Of a DNA stretch of 64,000 nucleotides, positions 35,596-49,324 are shown in pieces. Source of the stretch: Rhina ancylostomus. Its lineage: Eukaryota. The stretch covers positions 28,975,342 to 29,039,341 of the forward strand of contig JARFYF010000052.1 in NCBI GenBank assembly GCA_030265395.1, read 5' to 3'. Each line of letters starts with the position of its first letter. Position 1 is the first letter of the stretch. The notes below the pieces were generated by a model. That model was not told the origin of the DNA, did not search any database, and was given only the letters and a program-made list of their open reading frames with translations. The translations under genes and the position numbers were made by a program.

Positions 35596-36994
35596 TGGTG
35601 AAATGGGAAGAATGATTATAATGCAAAACCAAAAGGTGTCATAAGGCTGAACACTATAAATGGCATGATTTGTGTAAGTGCTTGTGAGCAGTATCTTGGT
35701 GCTCATAATTATTTGATATTATGTAGGTTTCTGTGCTTTTGGCAAAATGATAGAGACAACATGAGCTGTGAATAGCTTTTGAAGGTGCCTCTTCCTGCTT
35801 GATCACACTGTTTACAACTACAGTTTGTGTTATATAACATTGTGTGGTAACATCAATGATATCAGTAGTATGTACGCAAGCAGGCTTTATCTATAAGTAA
35901 ATATGCTGTGTTCAACATTTGATCAACTTAATTTGCTGTAGAATAAATTGAATGCAAGTGTACAGATATCTGTAATGTACATAATGACCATTACTTTGAC
36001 CATATTCCTCCCTTATTTCAAAACAGCTTTGGGATTCAGATATGATACAGAATACTGTATGAAAAGATAGGAATGACATTTTGGGTATGTACACCTGTTT
36101 TGGTTAAGGGCACACAGCTGGAACATTTGAGCTGGTCTATCAGTCTTAAAGAGTGACTCACTCACCAGCTGCATTGTTCTCATTTTCCAGACTTATTTGA
36201 GTTCCATCATACTTGGTTTCTTTGTTTTGCACAAGTTACTTTGTTACCTTTCTTGATTATGTTGCTCAATAAAATGATCTAGGACATAGCTGCCTCATTG
36301 TGTATGATATTCCAAGGATTCCAGTCATATCAGTGTTAATTATAGCAAGTTGCCAGTTCTTTGTTAAACATTAACTTGGGGTTCACTATATTTGCACAAT
36401 TATTTGTGTCATTGTAGGTTTTAATATTTAGGTCGTCAGCTTCACTGTGGGCTGTGATTCTAAAAGAAAATTGCACTTAATGTTAACTAATCTTCACAAA
36501 TGATTGATTTTAATCTGGGTTATTTTCCATTTCACTATATTTGCACAACAAAAAGTGGAGTACTGGACTAGTAACTCATCATAGGAAATTATTTTGATGC
36601 TTGAAGACTTGAGCTTGAATTGTGACATCTCTAATTTATTTGCATGAGTGCCCGACCACGGGTACATTTATGGATTTTGGCAAAGGTTTAAAAAAAATCA
36701 TTTGGGAAGAAGGAATTGCATCTGTTTCGTGAATAAAAATATATTATTTTGGGAAGATCTTTTCTATAGCATGGAAATTGCACAATTTAGGGTAGAAATA
36801 ATTACACCCACTTTGTATCAAGTAGCAGAAATTGGCTAAGCCTTGTCCATCCATACTTGATCCCAACCAAAGTAATTAGGGACGATCTCAGCTTTGTGAA
36901 ACAAGGAACTAATCATGTGGGAAAGAACTGAATTATTCACAGGAACACATTTCCTCATTGTGGGTGATGTTGCCTGTAAATCCAGAAAATTAAA

Positions 36995-37158
36995 AAAAAC
37001 TAATGCTGGAAATCTGAAATTAAAACAGAAAATGCTGGAAAGCCCCAGAAGGGCAGGTAGTTTCAACAGAAAGAGAAAGTTGGTGTTTCAGGTTAACTGT
37101 TTCTCTTTTCCTAGATGCTGTCTGACCTGCTGAGATTTTCCAGCATTTTCTGTTTTAA
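36995..37158. mobile_element. Older Penelope-derived palindromic element
   Basis: Inverted arms attaaaacagaaaatgctggaaa / tttccagcattttctgttttaat. Confidence 0.75.
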
Positions 37159-37849
37159 TCACTGTGCAGTTTTGAGCTCCACATAACTGAATAAAACTGG
37201 AACAAAATTGCAAAGAAATATCAAATGAAGCAATCAGTTATAAATATTACAAATGATCACATGAACTATGCAGATCCTATTGTGGTCTGGATCAAACGGA
37301 CGGAAGGGTTAAATTTCAGAGGAGGGTTGAGTGCTTTTGATGTCATATCAGTATTTGAGTGCAGGATCAAGCAGGTTTGAAAAAATTTATTATCCACAGA
37401 ATACACAATGTTTCTTTGCTGGTGCTAGTTGAGGGTGTTAAGAATTTACTCTGTTTAGCTGCAAGAGAGCCTCTTTCTGTATGGATGTACTTTTCACTGC
37501 TGACGTTTCAGCTGCAGGAAGTTGATTATCCAGTACATCTTCGATGCAGCAGCAAACCAAGGTGACAGTTTTATTCATGGCCTTGGCATGCAACCCAGTC
37601 AGTGTCTATAAATTAATGTCACTGGAGAGCAAAGATTTTAGCTGGATAACTTAAAAGGGCACCAAGTCTAATTGGATTGTGCAGGGGCAGACCAGATTAA
37701 ATTTTGCTATGTTGGTAGAAGTCATGAGTGAAGTGATGCCATTGTTTTAAAAAAAAGTTGTAGTATAAGTTTACTTCTTGATTTGCTAAAGGGTTAGTCA
37801 AATATTTCGTCCAACCTCCTTTTGTAAATTCCAAGTATGCTCTTTCAAT

Positions 37850-37982
37850 TCATTATTGTACTCTGTAGTAACCCAATGTAACTGCACTGTGTAATGAATT
37901 GACCTGTACGATCGGTATGCAAGACAAGTTGTTCACTGTACCTCAGTACAGGTGACAGTAATAAACCAATACCAATACCAAT
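37850..37982 (+). mobile_element. LINE (Rex1-type) 3' end with an (ACCAAT)3 tail
   Basis: ttcactgtacctcagtacaggtgacagtaataaaccaataccaataccaat. Confidence 0.7.
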
Positions 37983-40900
37983 GGGGCAGGCTGGATTTCT
38001 CTTTCTGGGATCTAGCACAGGCTTGTTGGGCCAAATGATCACTTTTGGAGCTACAACGTAAATCAGTCCTTTCTAGCTTACTATTTCTGTGCTTTGTTGG
38101 TATCAGATCATCCCAGCACCCTCGCAGATGAATAGTACTCTTGCTCGGGCTGGGCTCCCTCTGTTGAATACAGACTGCAGCAGGGCAAAGGAAGCCTGGA
38201 ATTTGCTCAGCGAGGTCTAATTGTGTGAACGCTGAATGCAGGCGTATCAGGTGTCTTGTCCCACAGAGCTTGAACAATACTGTCTCCNNNNNNNNNNNNN
38301 NNNNNNNNNNNNNNNNNNNNNNNNNNNNATCTGTAAAACAATTAGCAAGAGATTGTGTGAACAGTCTTGATTTAAGGTTAATAATGTGCCAAATGTTTGA
38401 TCATACTTGGGATCAAAATTTATTGCACCGAATATTTTCAGGAACTTCCTACACAATACTGTGGGAGTAAGTTTAGCAGAAGAACTACAGGAGTTCAAGA
38501 AGACAGCTCACCACCTCCTTCTCAAGGGCAAGTATAAGCAATAAATAACAGCTTTGCCACTGACGCCCACATCCCATAAGTTGCAACAAAACTGATTGCA
38601 TAAGAAACATTTGCATGAAGTTACTGTAATATGAAGCATTATACCAAGTTGCAATGAAAACTATGTAAATTAGTGTTATCTAGTAAACCTTGGTTCTCTC
38701 TTGCTGCACATTTCCCCTCCCTCTCTGTTTATTGATGTATTAGGAATTTTTGTGATTGAACTGTTGGCTCTCCACCAGTTGCTGTTCTCAGTTTGAAGTT
38801 AGTGTATGTGACATTCCAATGACAGCTGAACAGAATACAATTACTTGTCTTCATCTTGTGCATTTGTCCACACATACACTGAATGTATGAAGTACTAACT
38901 GGACTTTAAAAATATGTGGTCGTTGTGCAATCTGCTCTGTGGGTGTTTGGGTCACCTGTTTCATCCCTCTCAATCTGTTTTAGAAAAGCTGTAAATCATT
39001 AAACCATTGGAAATGCTGCAAACATCAAATTTCAATATACCGAAGAGATAGCAATCTGACATAGTTTCAGCTAAATTCACTGTGGATTAATTGGAGACCA
39101 ACTGTTTTCGTGGAAATGACATTAATGATCCTACATTGAACACATAAATACATTCAGCTCATTTTTGAGTTTTTTGTGAATGATGGTGCAATCTTATTTT
39201 CAAGTTCTCATTGCCTTTTGCAATTGAGATAACCAAAATAAACAGATGGGCACCTTAACATTGTTGATGTACAAAATTTTTTACTATACTGAAAAGTTGC
39301 GAGGAGAGAAATAATAGCAATGGGAAGCATATTTGTATGTGGTGGATTTCTCATGCATTCCATGGTTGAGTCTTGAATGAAAACTGTGACTGAGGGTATC
39401 AGGCAAATGTAACTTTTATTCGGGTTGATCGGCTAACAACTAAACTGCAAGCATGGTACAAATAAAGTAACAAGAAATAGTAATCTGGTTGCTGCATGGC
39501 TTGGTGTGGAATGAACCACAGGCAATTTATGATAGCTGGAATTGAATGGGATTGAACTGTTTACTCTCCTGTTTTTATTGCATCAAGGGCAAGATGTTCA
39601 ATGTTTTGTATCTGTTTGGTTTTTGTTTGTTGTTTGCAATGGTTAAATTACAGAACCAGTAAATGGACTGAATAGAAAAGAGCTTCCCATATTTTATTTT
39701 AGACAAAGTAAACTTGTCCCAAGTTGGGTGTTACACTCCAAATAATTTTGTATAAAAAAAATTCCTTTAACATTAGAAATTCAACAAATGGATTTCTTAT
39801 GACTACTGGAATTAATTGGAGACTGGGTTCATTGGAAAAATGTTAGCCTGGGTATACGTTTTCTGCTGATTCACTGTGAATAAGGTGTGTTTGAACACTG
39901 GTATACTTAGAACACTGGAATACCAAGATAGCAATCATAATGCATTCCTAGGAATAAAGGGACATTTTTTTTCTCTCTTTTTCTGATACCTTGTCTAAGC
40001 ACTTGCACCTTTTTTCAAAGTTAGTTTGTTGCCATCCCTTGCTAAGTCCTGGTTTCTAACCACGATAACCTCCCTCTCTCCCTTTCTTCCTCTGACCTCT
40101 GAACTGAGTAAAGATGCAACAATGGAGACATCTTCAATTTATTTGGGATTTTAATGCTGCAATACCTCCCACAGTACTTCATTTAAGACCTATCATACCA
40201 AAAAATATGATACTGAGCATTAGGAGAGAGGAATTTACTTGAATGATTTCCTTAACAGAAGAGAGATATGGAGTTGTCTGGAAGATATCCCAAGTCTAGT
40301 AGTGGATNNNNNNNNNNNNNNNNNNNNNNNNNNNNNNNNNNNNNNNNNNNTCATCATAGAGATGAGTTTGGTCAGACTGTGAAGGATATTGAACATGAGG
40401 AGGATTGAACATGAGTATATAGTTGGTCTTGTTTTTCTCTCTTTCCTTCTGGTTTCATTGCCTCTCATTCTCTTCATCGATTTCCCTCAGTGTAAGCTCT
40501 GCTGCCAATCCTACCCAGCCCTGTCCCTTGCACCTTCCCCCTCCCCACTACTCAGCACACCTGGTCACCCTTACTATTTTGTGTGACCTCTACTCCTTGT
40601 TGATCTCATCTTCAACTATTTATTTTGTACCTCTAATCATCAGAATACACACATAATCTTCATTTCTCCCATCTCATTCTGTGTTACCACTGGTCCCAAC
40701 TGATTCCCCATCAGCAACTTTCACCTGTCAAGTGTCTAGCCTTTGACCTTCTGTTATTGAACATGTGAAGATTTTGATCTTGAACAACTTCCTCATCTTT
40801 ACATTTGCCATCTCTTTCCCATCCGACTTGATTTCCTTGCATGGCCCTCTATGCACTCAAGTTTGTATTCCTTAGGTTTGAAGTGACAAAATATCTGTCT

Positions 40901-42388
40901 CAATCAGGGTAAGCAACATTAAGCTTCTGCCAGAGGCATTCTGAAGAGCTAACCTAGTTTCTTTACTCCCTTACTAATTGCTTCCTTAAACAATCGTTCT
41001 TCTACTCATCCATTTAGCATTTTGCTAATGTAAGGAGCTCATTCTCTTCTAGATTGACAAATTTCAAGCAATCAGTTACCTCTGCCCCTGTCCACCTTTG
41101 GCTCTCAAATCCAAGCCTGCTCTCATTCTCGTTGCTTGATCACTGTTTAATTGGTTCATTGTTGGTGGGAGTATCTTCAGCTGCCAAAGCCCTGAACTGT
41201 GGCATTAAACCTATCTATTCCTCATCCTCTACCTCTATTTTTCTTTCCTCCTTTCTCCTTAAACTTGAAAGACAGAAAATGCTGGAAATGCTCAGCAGGT
41301 CAGACAACATATGTGGAAAGAAAAACAATTAATGGTTCAGGTCAAAGACCTTCCTCTTTGCCTCTTTTCCCAGTTTGCACTCCTGTAGGAATTAGCCAGT
41401 GTGATTGGCAAATTCAGTCTTGGGTATATGACACAAAGTGGACATTTGGGAACCTCTTGAACTAACAATGGCATTGGGAAAGCGATAGTTCAAGTCATGT
41501 AGCTCACTGCATCTTTGTAGTAGGCTTCCTTGCAGTTATCAGTGAACATTGTTACTTTGCAGTGTATCATTTCATTCAGCTCTTGTCTTTAATGCTGTAT
41601 GTAGATGGGGAATAGTAAGTTAATGCAGGATTCTAATTTTTTTTCCATTTTTTAAAAACCTTATCCAAAAGTTTATAGCTGTGTCTATGCTGCCTTTGAC
41701 CATAAAACAAAAATGTAGAAGACCTCTTGGATGCAGGATGCTGATCAAATGAGTTATTAATGACCATGCTGTGCCTCACAAATGTGAGTCCAGATGATTG
41801 ACCTCGCACTGAAACTTCTGTTATCAAAATTGAAGATTTGTTTTTAATTATTTAGTGCCTTTTAGATGAGACGGCTGTCAATATTTGTCTTGTTTTATTG
41901 TCCCATTGTCATTATTTACATTTGACCAGAAGAGATTTTCAGTAGTCTAAGCTTGTTTGATGTGGAGAGCAGGTTAAAGATTGCTAGTAGAAGCTGCAAG
42001 CTATGAATGCTTTTAATTCTATCTGCATGGTGCTTAAAGTAATCAAAGCATATTAGTTCTACACTTTTTGAGCTGATGTGACAGTAAAAAGCTGTTAATC
42101 AGGCCAGCAAAATGTTCTTGCAGTGGTTAGAGAATATGAATGCAAGGTTTGATAATTTATCAAAATTTGTTATCGTTGAAGGAAATCTTAAGTTCCCTTT
42201 CCATCATTGTTCATTGGGAGGAGGGGTGCAGGGTGGAGGGAAGCCAGGTTAATGTTTGCAGTCACTGTCTCATCATCAGAACTGGTTATAGTTTTACACA
42301 GCTGAGTAAAATTGGGGTTGCAGTCTCCCATCATCTGATTTGGAATTTGTGCACCTTTGCAATTTAATAACCAAACAATTTTTCTTAA

Positions 42389-42550
<162 letters not shown>

Positions 42551-43261
42551 TGAAGAGATGCCTATCTGGACAATGAACTTCGCTGCAAAATCTCAAGAGT
42601 TACCAAACCCTTAGAAATAATGTTCTTCTTTCAGATGGACATTCTTGCACAAAGCTACAGACATAGAGATGCACATAACAGAAATGGGCCCCTCAGCCCA
42701 TCGAATCCACACCAACCATTGAACACCCCAATCACCCCTCACCTACAGAGGCCAATTTGATTAGTCAATCTCCCATTTCACATAATTTTAAGATAAAATA
42801 CAGTAAGAGAATATCATAAACATGCACAACTGCACCACTGCTTTTAAAATTATAGTTTATCTTAGCTATTGTATAATTTTTAATACTTCTGGTTTGGGAA
42901 AAAAGAATTGCATAGAATTTTTTTAATGAAAATTTGAATAAATAACATTCCATTGTCACTAGGCCAGTGGACATATTTACACAGTGACATATTAACAGGT
43001 CCTTTATCATAAATGGGGACTTGACAATGTATAATTGGAAAATGTTAACATTTTCTGTTTAATTCAAGTTGCCGGCTGGAATTTAGCAGTAGGAATGCCG
43101 TTCACAACCTTTTCTGGAACATGTATATATGACGATAGATGTTGCATAAGCCATTGATGACCAAATTGCATAAATGAATACTTGTATAATGTATATCTAT
43201 TTTGTAAAAGTGCTGCTTTTTTTTAGTAGTTTAGTCTTTGTAGATGGAGCAAGTGCATCTT

Positions 43262-44350
43262 AGAGTCATAAAAACAGGCCTTTTTGCTCACTGTATCCAT
43301 ATTGGCAATCATGCCTGTCTATACTAATCTCACTTGCCTTCATTAATTCCATGTCTTGCTCATTGAAATACCTGTCCAGATGCCTCTAAAATATTATTGT
43401 TCCTACCTTCACCACCACCTCTCGCAGCCCATTCCAACCACTCTGAAGAAAAATTTATCCTGCACATCCATTTTAAACTGCCTCTGTCTCACCTTAAACC
43501 TATGTCCTGTAGTTTTTAGAAACCCTTATCATGAGAAACAGACTCTGGCCATCTACCCTATCTGTGTCTCTCATAATTTTACATATCCCTAACATGTTAC
43601 CTCTCAGTCTCCTTTGCTCCAGGGAAAATACACGAAGCCTCTCCTTATAACTCTTGCCTTCCAGGCAACCTCCTTGTGTATCTTTTCTGCACCTCAAGCT
43701 TAATCACATCTTTCCTGTAGTGCAGTGACCAGAACTGCTCACAATACTCCAAGTGTGGGCTAACAAACATTTTATTCAACAGTAACATGACATCCCAATT
43801 CTTGTACTCAGTGCCTCAGCACCAGGTGGCAACACACCATCCAGGAGTCTCACTCACAGCCACAGGAACATTTATATTTGTCTCCGACTAGAGAACTCTT
43901 GCATTACCTGCCTGCTTCCCTACCTCCTCCTCCCCCCACCGGCAGTCACCCACCGATCTGGCTGAATCTGCACTGTGACTACCTCCCTGAAACTTCTATC
44001 TATCATACTTTCTGCCTCCTGTATGCTTCTTGGTGAATACAACTGCCATTGGACATTGGTTGTAGTGTGTCCATCTTGCTGACCTCCCACATTTTACAGG
44101 AGGAATATACCACACCACTAACTACTATTTCTACTTCTGAAGTTAGTACTGAGTTAGAAAGAAAAATGATAAGCCTTACCTTGACTTGCCATACCCTGTC
44201 ACTGCTCTACCTCCTCGCTAAAGCCTCTACACTCAAGCCTCAAACACAGCACTTCCACCTCAAAACAGACCTTCTCAAGATGGCTGCTCTGCTAGAACTT
44301 GCCTCCCTTTTATATGCTGGACCTCGCTCACCAGGCCTGTCAGTAAGAAA
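43262..44350 (-). mobile_element. CR1 3' end joined directly to a CR1 ORF1/5' region
   Basis: 43262-43820 is the ORF2 end and 3'UTR (SYKERLRVFSLEQRRLRGNM). 43820-44350 is the reverse of an ORF1 segment (CGCE*DSWMVCCHL) plus upstream sequence. Confidence 0.75.
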
Positions 44351-45900
44351 GTCATTAAGCTCACCTTGCTCAGCCTTTTTAACTTTCTCTTCTCGATGTG
44401 CTCACTCAGCCTGTTGGTAGTTTTGGTTGGCAGTCTGCTCACTTGTATCCTATTAAAGGTCCCTTTTTAATTTTGTTTGTGAGAGCCTGACATTGAAGTC
44501 TGTTCCAATGCCTTGGCAACCTTTTATTCAGTTCAATTCTGTGGGTAGAATTATAACACAAAAACTGTTCTGCCACTGCATATCGCTACTTTTGAGGTCA
44601 GTGGTGCAGAATTATTGATCATTTTTCTGACCATATTTTTTCTCTCTAATAGAAATATTATTATTGCAAAGATCAAAATTGATTCATATTTCAAAAATTT
44701 ATTCTTGTTTCTGTAACCATTTTTCTCACTGGTCTTTCTTCACAAATAAACCAGAAATACTCAGAATGCTTTGGTTGAGCAACCAAATGCATTACAATGC
44801 CTTGCATAAATCTTCCAGAAACTGAGATTGTGATCTATTACTTTGCCAATGTGCCCCCCAAAATCTTGCTTGCTTTTTCCACTGTTGCTCACTGTGTTGA
44901 TGGCATCAGCAATTTACCTTGGAATATCTCCAAGTCCTTTTCCTGTGCCATTTACTGCGGCATAATAGTATTCTTCCTGTGACTGGTTATTATCCTGTCT
45001 CAGTCTCAAAACTTGGCATTTATCCATTCATCCCAGCTCTCCAAACTGTTGGGGTCATGTATTTTATCAGTTTCCTTTCAAGCTGTCAGCAGTTCCTACA
45101 CAAATTTCTTTCATTTGTGGATTTGNNNNNNNNNNNNNNNNNNNNNNNNNNNNNNNNNNNNNNNNNNNNNNNNNNNNNNNNNNNNNNNNNNNNNNNNNNN
45201 NNNNNNNNNNNNNNNNNNNNNNNNNAGATTTTTTTTTGTTTCTTCTCATTGTAAAATTTTTGGTTAGATTGTAAGCAGTAACTGACCCCTAAGGCTTCTC
45301 ACTGGTTGATTACTTCTTAACTGATGTGCTGCAAGCACACTTACTCTCTTTCCTTCTGTCAATTTTCACTTCATTTCAGAAGCATACAACCTTTTGGACT
45401 GACGTCTTACATGACATTAGTGAGATGTTAATTGTACTGTAATTAAATTTTCACTGCCCTGGGGCTTCACTGTAATTGATTTGAAATGAAGCAAAGTCAG
45501 CCTTTTTGTTTTTTAAAAGGTTTTTCTTTGCTTTCCTAAGCTGAATTTTTGGAATATTTGTCAATGTTCCAAATAGGAGAATTGACTATTCCTTTGATCT
45601 TTAAACCTTAAAGGCATATGGGTGAGCTCAAATACATGTCTCAAGGTGACAGAATAAGTTGGTAGGTTCTTTAAAACAAGTGTGCAAGTTAGTTGGGTTG
45701 TACATAGAAAAATAAAACATTAAAAGCAACAGGTCCTGCTTTTAATGTTTACAGTATAAATAATTGATAAAGCCTCAGCTGGAGTATTGTGAATGATTCA
45801 GGGGACAATGGTTGAAGAAAGAAGTAATTCCTTTACCAAGCAAAATGATTCAGTAATTACTTTGTGTAATTTTGATCTATACTGCTTTGTTCTAGTTCAT

Positions 45901-45937
45901 TCCTCAGAACAAGGTCCAGCACTACTTTTCTTCCTTG
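45901..45937 (+). repeat. ~37-bp direct repeat (second copy at 49501-49538)
   Basis: tcctcagaacaaggtccagcactacttttcttccttg versus tcctcagaacaagatccagcactttttttccttccttg. Confidence 0.8.
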
Positions 45938-46214
45938 AAAAGTTAAGAATATACTGATAAGGCAATTTCTGCTAAATATATATTGGTTAGTGTTCATGTT
46001 CTCGGGCCTTCCTTTTGTTAAAGGAAAGTCATGAGATGAAGTATATGCCTAACTGCTAAATTGTTCTAATGTGATATTTATCAGTGGATTTTCTCTTGCT
46101 CATCACAGGGACATATCTTGGAAAACATTGTAGTGTCTCTTTGTTTTTCAACCTCGATTTCTTCCACATAGATTCATTCTGTGCAATCTAGTATATCAAC
46201 CTCCTGTCCAACTG

Positions 46215-46386
46215 TGATAAGATAAGATGAGATGTTTATTTATTAGTCACACGTACATCCAAACACGTCTTTTTGCGTTGCTACGAATGCCCTGGGGGCA
46301 GCCTGCAAGTGTCACCACTCTTCTGGTGCCAACATAGCATGTCCACAGCTCCTAATCTGTGCGTCTTTGGAATGTGGGAGGAAACC
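46215..46386 (-). mobile_element. SINE 3' half (family of 13419-13652) with a (CTTAT)n tail
   Basis: ctgggggcagcctgcaagtgtcaccactcttctggtgccaacatagcat is the reverse complement of 13580-13628. Tail gataagataagatgag. Confidence 0.8.
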
Positions 46387-47129
46387 GTATCCTTACTAAT
46401 ATTCCCACCACATCCCCAATTACCCCCAACTCCCAACCCTACTGCCTTGTTACTTTCCTTCCTGAGTGTATGCAGCTGGGAATTTTTTAGCTTCAGTTCC
46501 TACATCATCATGTTTCCATTGTAACCAAATCATAACCCTACTTTTTTGCTCCATCTAAGTGATGTATTAGCCTGATTTTGCTGGTGATTACAGGCAGTTT
46601 CCACTGCAAGTGCCAACCAAGTGCAGGGTATCGGCATGAGTGTGTAAACCTTGAACTTGATGCTTGAGGTTCACCAACACCCAGATTCCAGCAGTGCTTC
46701 GTAACCAGATACCTATACAGTTGAGTTGCAGAGATAGTTCATGTTGAGGTTTCACTGCATTAACACTGGTATCTGTTCTTACTATCAGGTTTTGTGTAAG
46801 GTTAGAGGTGTGGGAAGAGTGAGACCATTGATTTCAATGGGGATCATGGGTTGCAGAAGGGGAAGAATAAAGTAAGGCCCTTTTTGTTTTTAATTTGCTT
46901 TTGTTCAATGTGTACAATTATATTTTTGTCCTGTTGATATTTTTGGATGTTCAATAATTAAAATTTTATAGTAGTAATTCAAAGAAATAACCATCTGCTT
47001 CTGGAATAAAATTAAAAATGTTGTCAGTTTTGACAGTCAATGGAACTGGTGATGGGGTTTTGTTGATTGACTGAGGCCTCCAGAAGAATTTCATGCATCA
47101 GGCTTGTTCCATGCCCACTCAAGTCACTC

Positions 47130-47600
47130 ACTTATGTCGTTGAGGACCTCCCACCATTCATTGTCTTCGCTGCATGAATTGGAGCAGCAGCTGAAATGAC
47201 TGTGATGCATCCATGAAGCTGAAGAATTCATGGATGGCATGTTTAGTGAGGTGGTCACACTTATCGCTTGTGTATGCAGACAGAGAGATTGAGTAGCTAT
47301 GAGACAGAATGGGAGAAGTAGGCAAGTTTTTCTGAAGTCCATATTTCTGTATTTTATTCAGAAGATGAGGTTAGCTTGCTCACAGACAGATTTTCCATTT
47401 TAGATGCTGGTGGAGAGGAGAGAGCAGTCAGTGACAAGAGCTTCACACCTTGAGTGGTTGAGCTGCAGAGGAGGAAAGAGAGAGAGAGAGAGAGAAAGCA
47501 ATAGTGATAGGGAATTCAATAGTTAGAGGACAGACAGGAGCTAGTGTGGCTGTAGATATCACTCCAGGATGGCACCTTGCCTCCCTGTTGACAGGATTAT
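47130..47600 (+). mobile_element. Decayed CR1 ORF1 fragment (SGNH-esterase-like) containing (AG)9 at 47477-47494
   Basis: AIVIGNSIVRG...CGCRYHSRMAPCLP resembles the GDSIVRG...CCLPG motif of CR1 ORF1. Confidence 0.7.
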
Positions 47601-48835
47601 GTATGCTGCTGAAGACCATTGTAAACTGAGAGGTTGAAAAGCCATTGACATTAAATAAAAGGGATAAGTATCAGCAACTTATTTTTGGAGATTGCTTTTG
47701 ATTACTTTCTCACTTGTATCATTGAATGGCCATTGTGATATTTTGTTATCCTGGATTTGGTCAATGACAAAGGAGATAGAAAATATTGAATACAATGAAC
47801 ATGGTATGGTTCATCAAATAATTGAATATTGGCTTGTGGATTGTTGATTGGAAGCTTGTATGACTGAAATATTTGATCTGGATAGAAGTAGGACTTCATC
47901 AATTTACATCTCTACCTTACTTTTCTAGGACTTGTTAAATTTCTCAAGCAGTTGATTGGAAATTGAAATAGCTACTTGGGTTTATAGATTACTTATCTGT
48001 TTGCATTTTCACATGCATTGGTAAAAGGAAAAAGATTGCTAAGTGGAAGGCAGGTGGTGAAATGATGCATCAGTTATGAGCCATTGGTTTTAACAAGTGT
48101 GAAAGTTAATTTCAATAGTTTGACAAGAATTGGCTTTTGGAGAGCAATTTAGTTGCTCACAGTGTTCAAAATAAAGGAGACAGTTTTAGGCATGCAGTGA
48201 TCATGTGAGAACATAAACTAAAATCTAAGAGGAAAACATATGAAGTACAGGACTGCCAGTAGTAGCTAAAGAGAGATTGCAAATACAGAAGGAAGAAAAA
48301 AGGGAATGTCTTAATTTAGTTCTGAATATCAGCAGTGCAGAGAATTGTCACCTGACATACATGGAGCATGAGCAGAGAGGATAATGTAAGGATCTGTGAA
48401 AGAGATGTTTAATGAAATACTTCAAATCAGTGTTTATTTCCAAGGTATAGTATTCTTGGTGGTGATAAATTAAGTTTGGCAAAATGTGAGAGGTAAAATA
48501 AAAGTGAAATGCTGTTAAGTTTAAGGTGGATATGCTTTGTTAATTTAGAGCGTTACATCAGTGATTCTGAGACAGTTCAGATGGAGTGAAGAAGCAGCAG
48601 GAGGCAGGATGGTTGATTTGTGTAACAGGAAAGCCCTCTGTGGTTTTGCTCTGCATGAGCTGCTCACATCATGTTACCTTGCTGATAGATCTTCCAGGGA
48701 TATGGAAATCTGAAGCAAGTATACTTTAAACTGAAGGCCCGGTGTGGGTTTGAGTCCTAACTCTGCCCTAAACATGAAAGCAATTAAGGGTTTTCAATGC
48801 ACTAACAATAAATAACCCAAATTTGTAAAATGCCA

Positions 48836-48935
48836 GAGGCACAAGAGACTGCACATGCTGTAATGTGGACCATTAAACAAACTGCTAGAGGAACTCAATG
48901 GGTTGAGCAGCATCTGTGGGTGGGGGGGTTGGGGG
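48836..48935. mobile_element. Left arm of a Penelope-derived palindromic element running into an N gap
   Basis: acaagagactgcacatgctg...ctgctagaggaactcaatgggttgagcagcatctgtggg is homologous to 21488-21570. Confidence 0.75.
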
Positions 48936-49270
48936 ANNNNNNNNNNNNNNNNNNNNNNNNNNNNNNNNNNNNNNNNNNNNNNNNNNNNNNNNNNNNNNNN
49001 NNNNNNNNNNNNNNNNNNNNNNNNNNNNNNNNNNNNNNNNNNNNNNNNNNNNNNNNNNNNNNNNNNNNNNNNNNNNNNNNNNNNNNNNNNNNNNNNNNNN
49101 NNNNNNNNNNNNNNNNNNNNNNNNNNNNNNNNNNNNNNNNNNNNNNNNNNNNNNNNNNNNNNNNNNNNNNNNNNNNNNNNNNNNNNNNNNNNNNNNNNNN
49201 NNNNNNNNNNNNNNNNNNNNNNNNNNNNNNNNNNNNNNNNNNNNNNNNNNNNNNNNNNNNNNNNNNNNNN

Positions 49271-49320
<50 letters not shown>
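49271..49320. repeat. (AC)25+ microsatellite at a gap edge
   Basis: Directly visible. Confidence 0.95.

Positions 49321-49324
<4 letters not shown>

Noticed and set aside
41866-41925. ATG AGA CGG CTG (MRRL), resembling the MRRLAFEQ alternative N-terminus I recall for human NEDD4L
   Set aside because: Similarity stops after 4 codons, there is no credible splice donor, and an in-frame stop follows; treated as chance.
47358-47375. tcagaagatgag/gttagc (SEDE plus GT), resembling the end of NEDD4L exon 1
   Set aside because: It lies downstream of exon 2, inside a CR1 ORF1 remnant, and upstream codons do not match.
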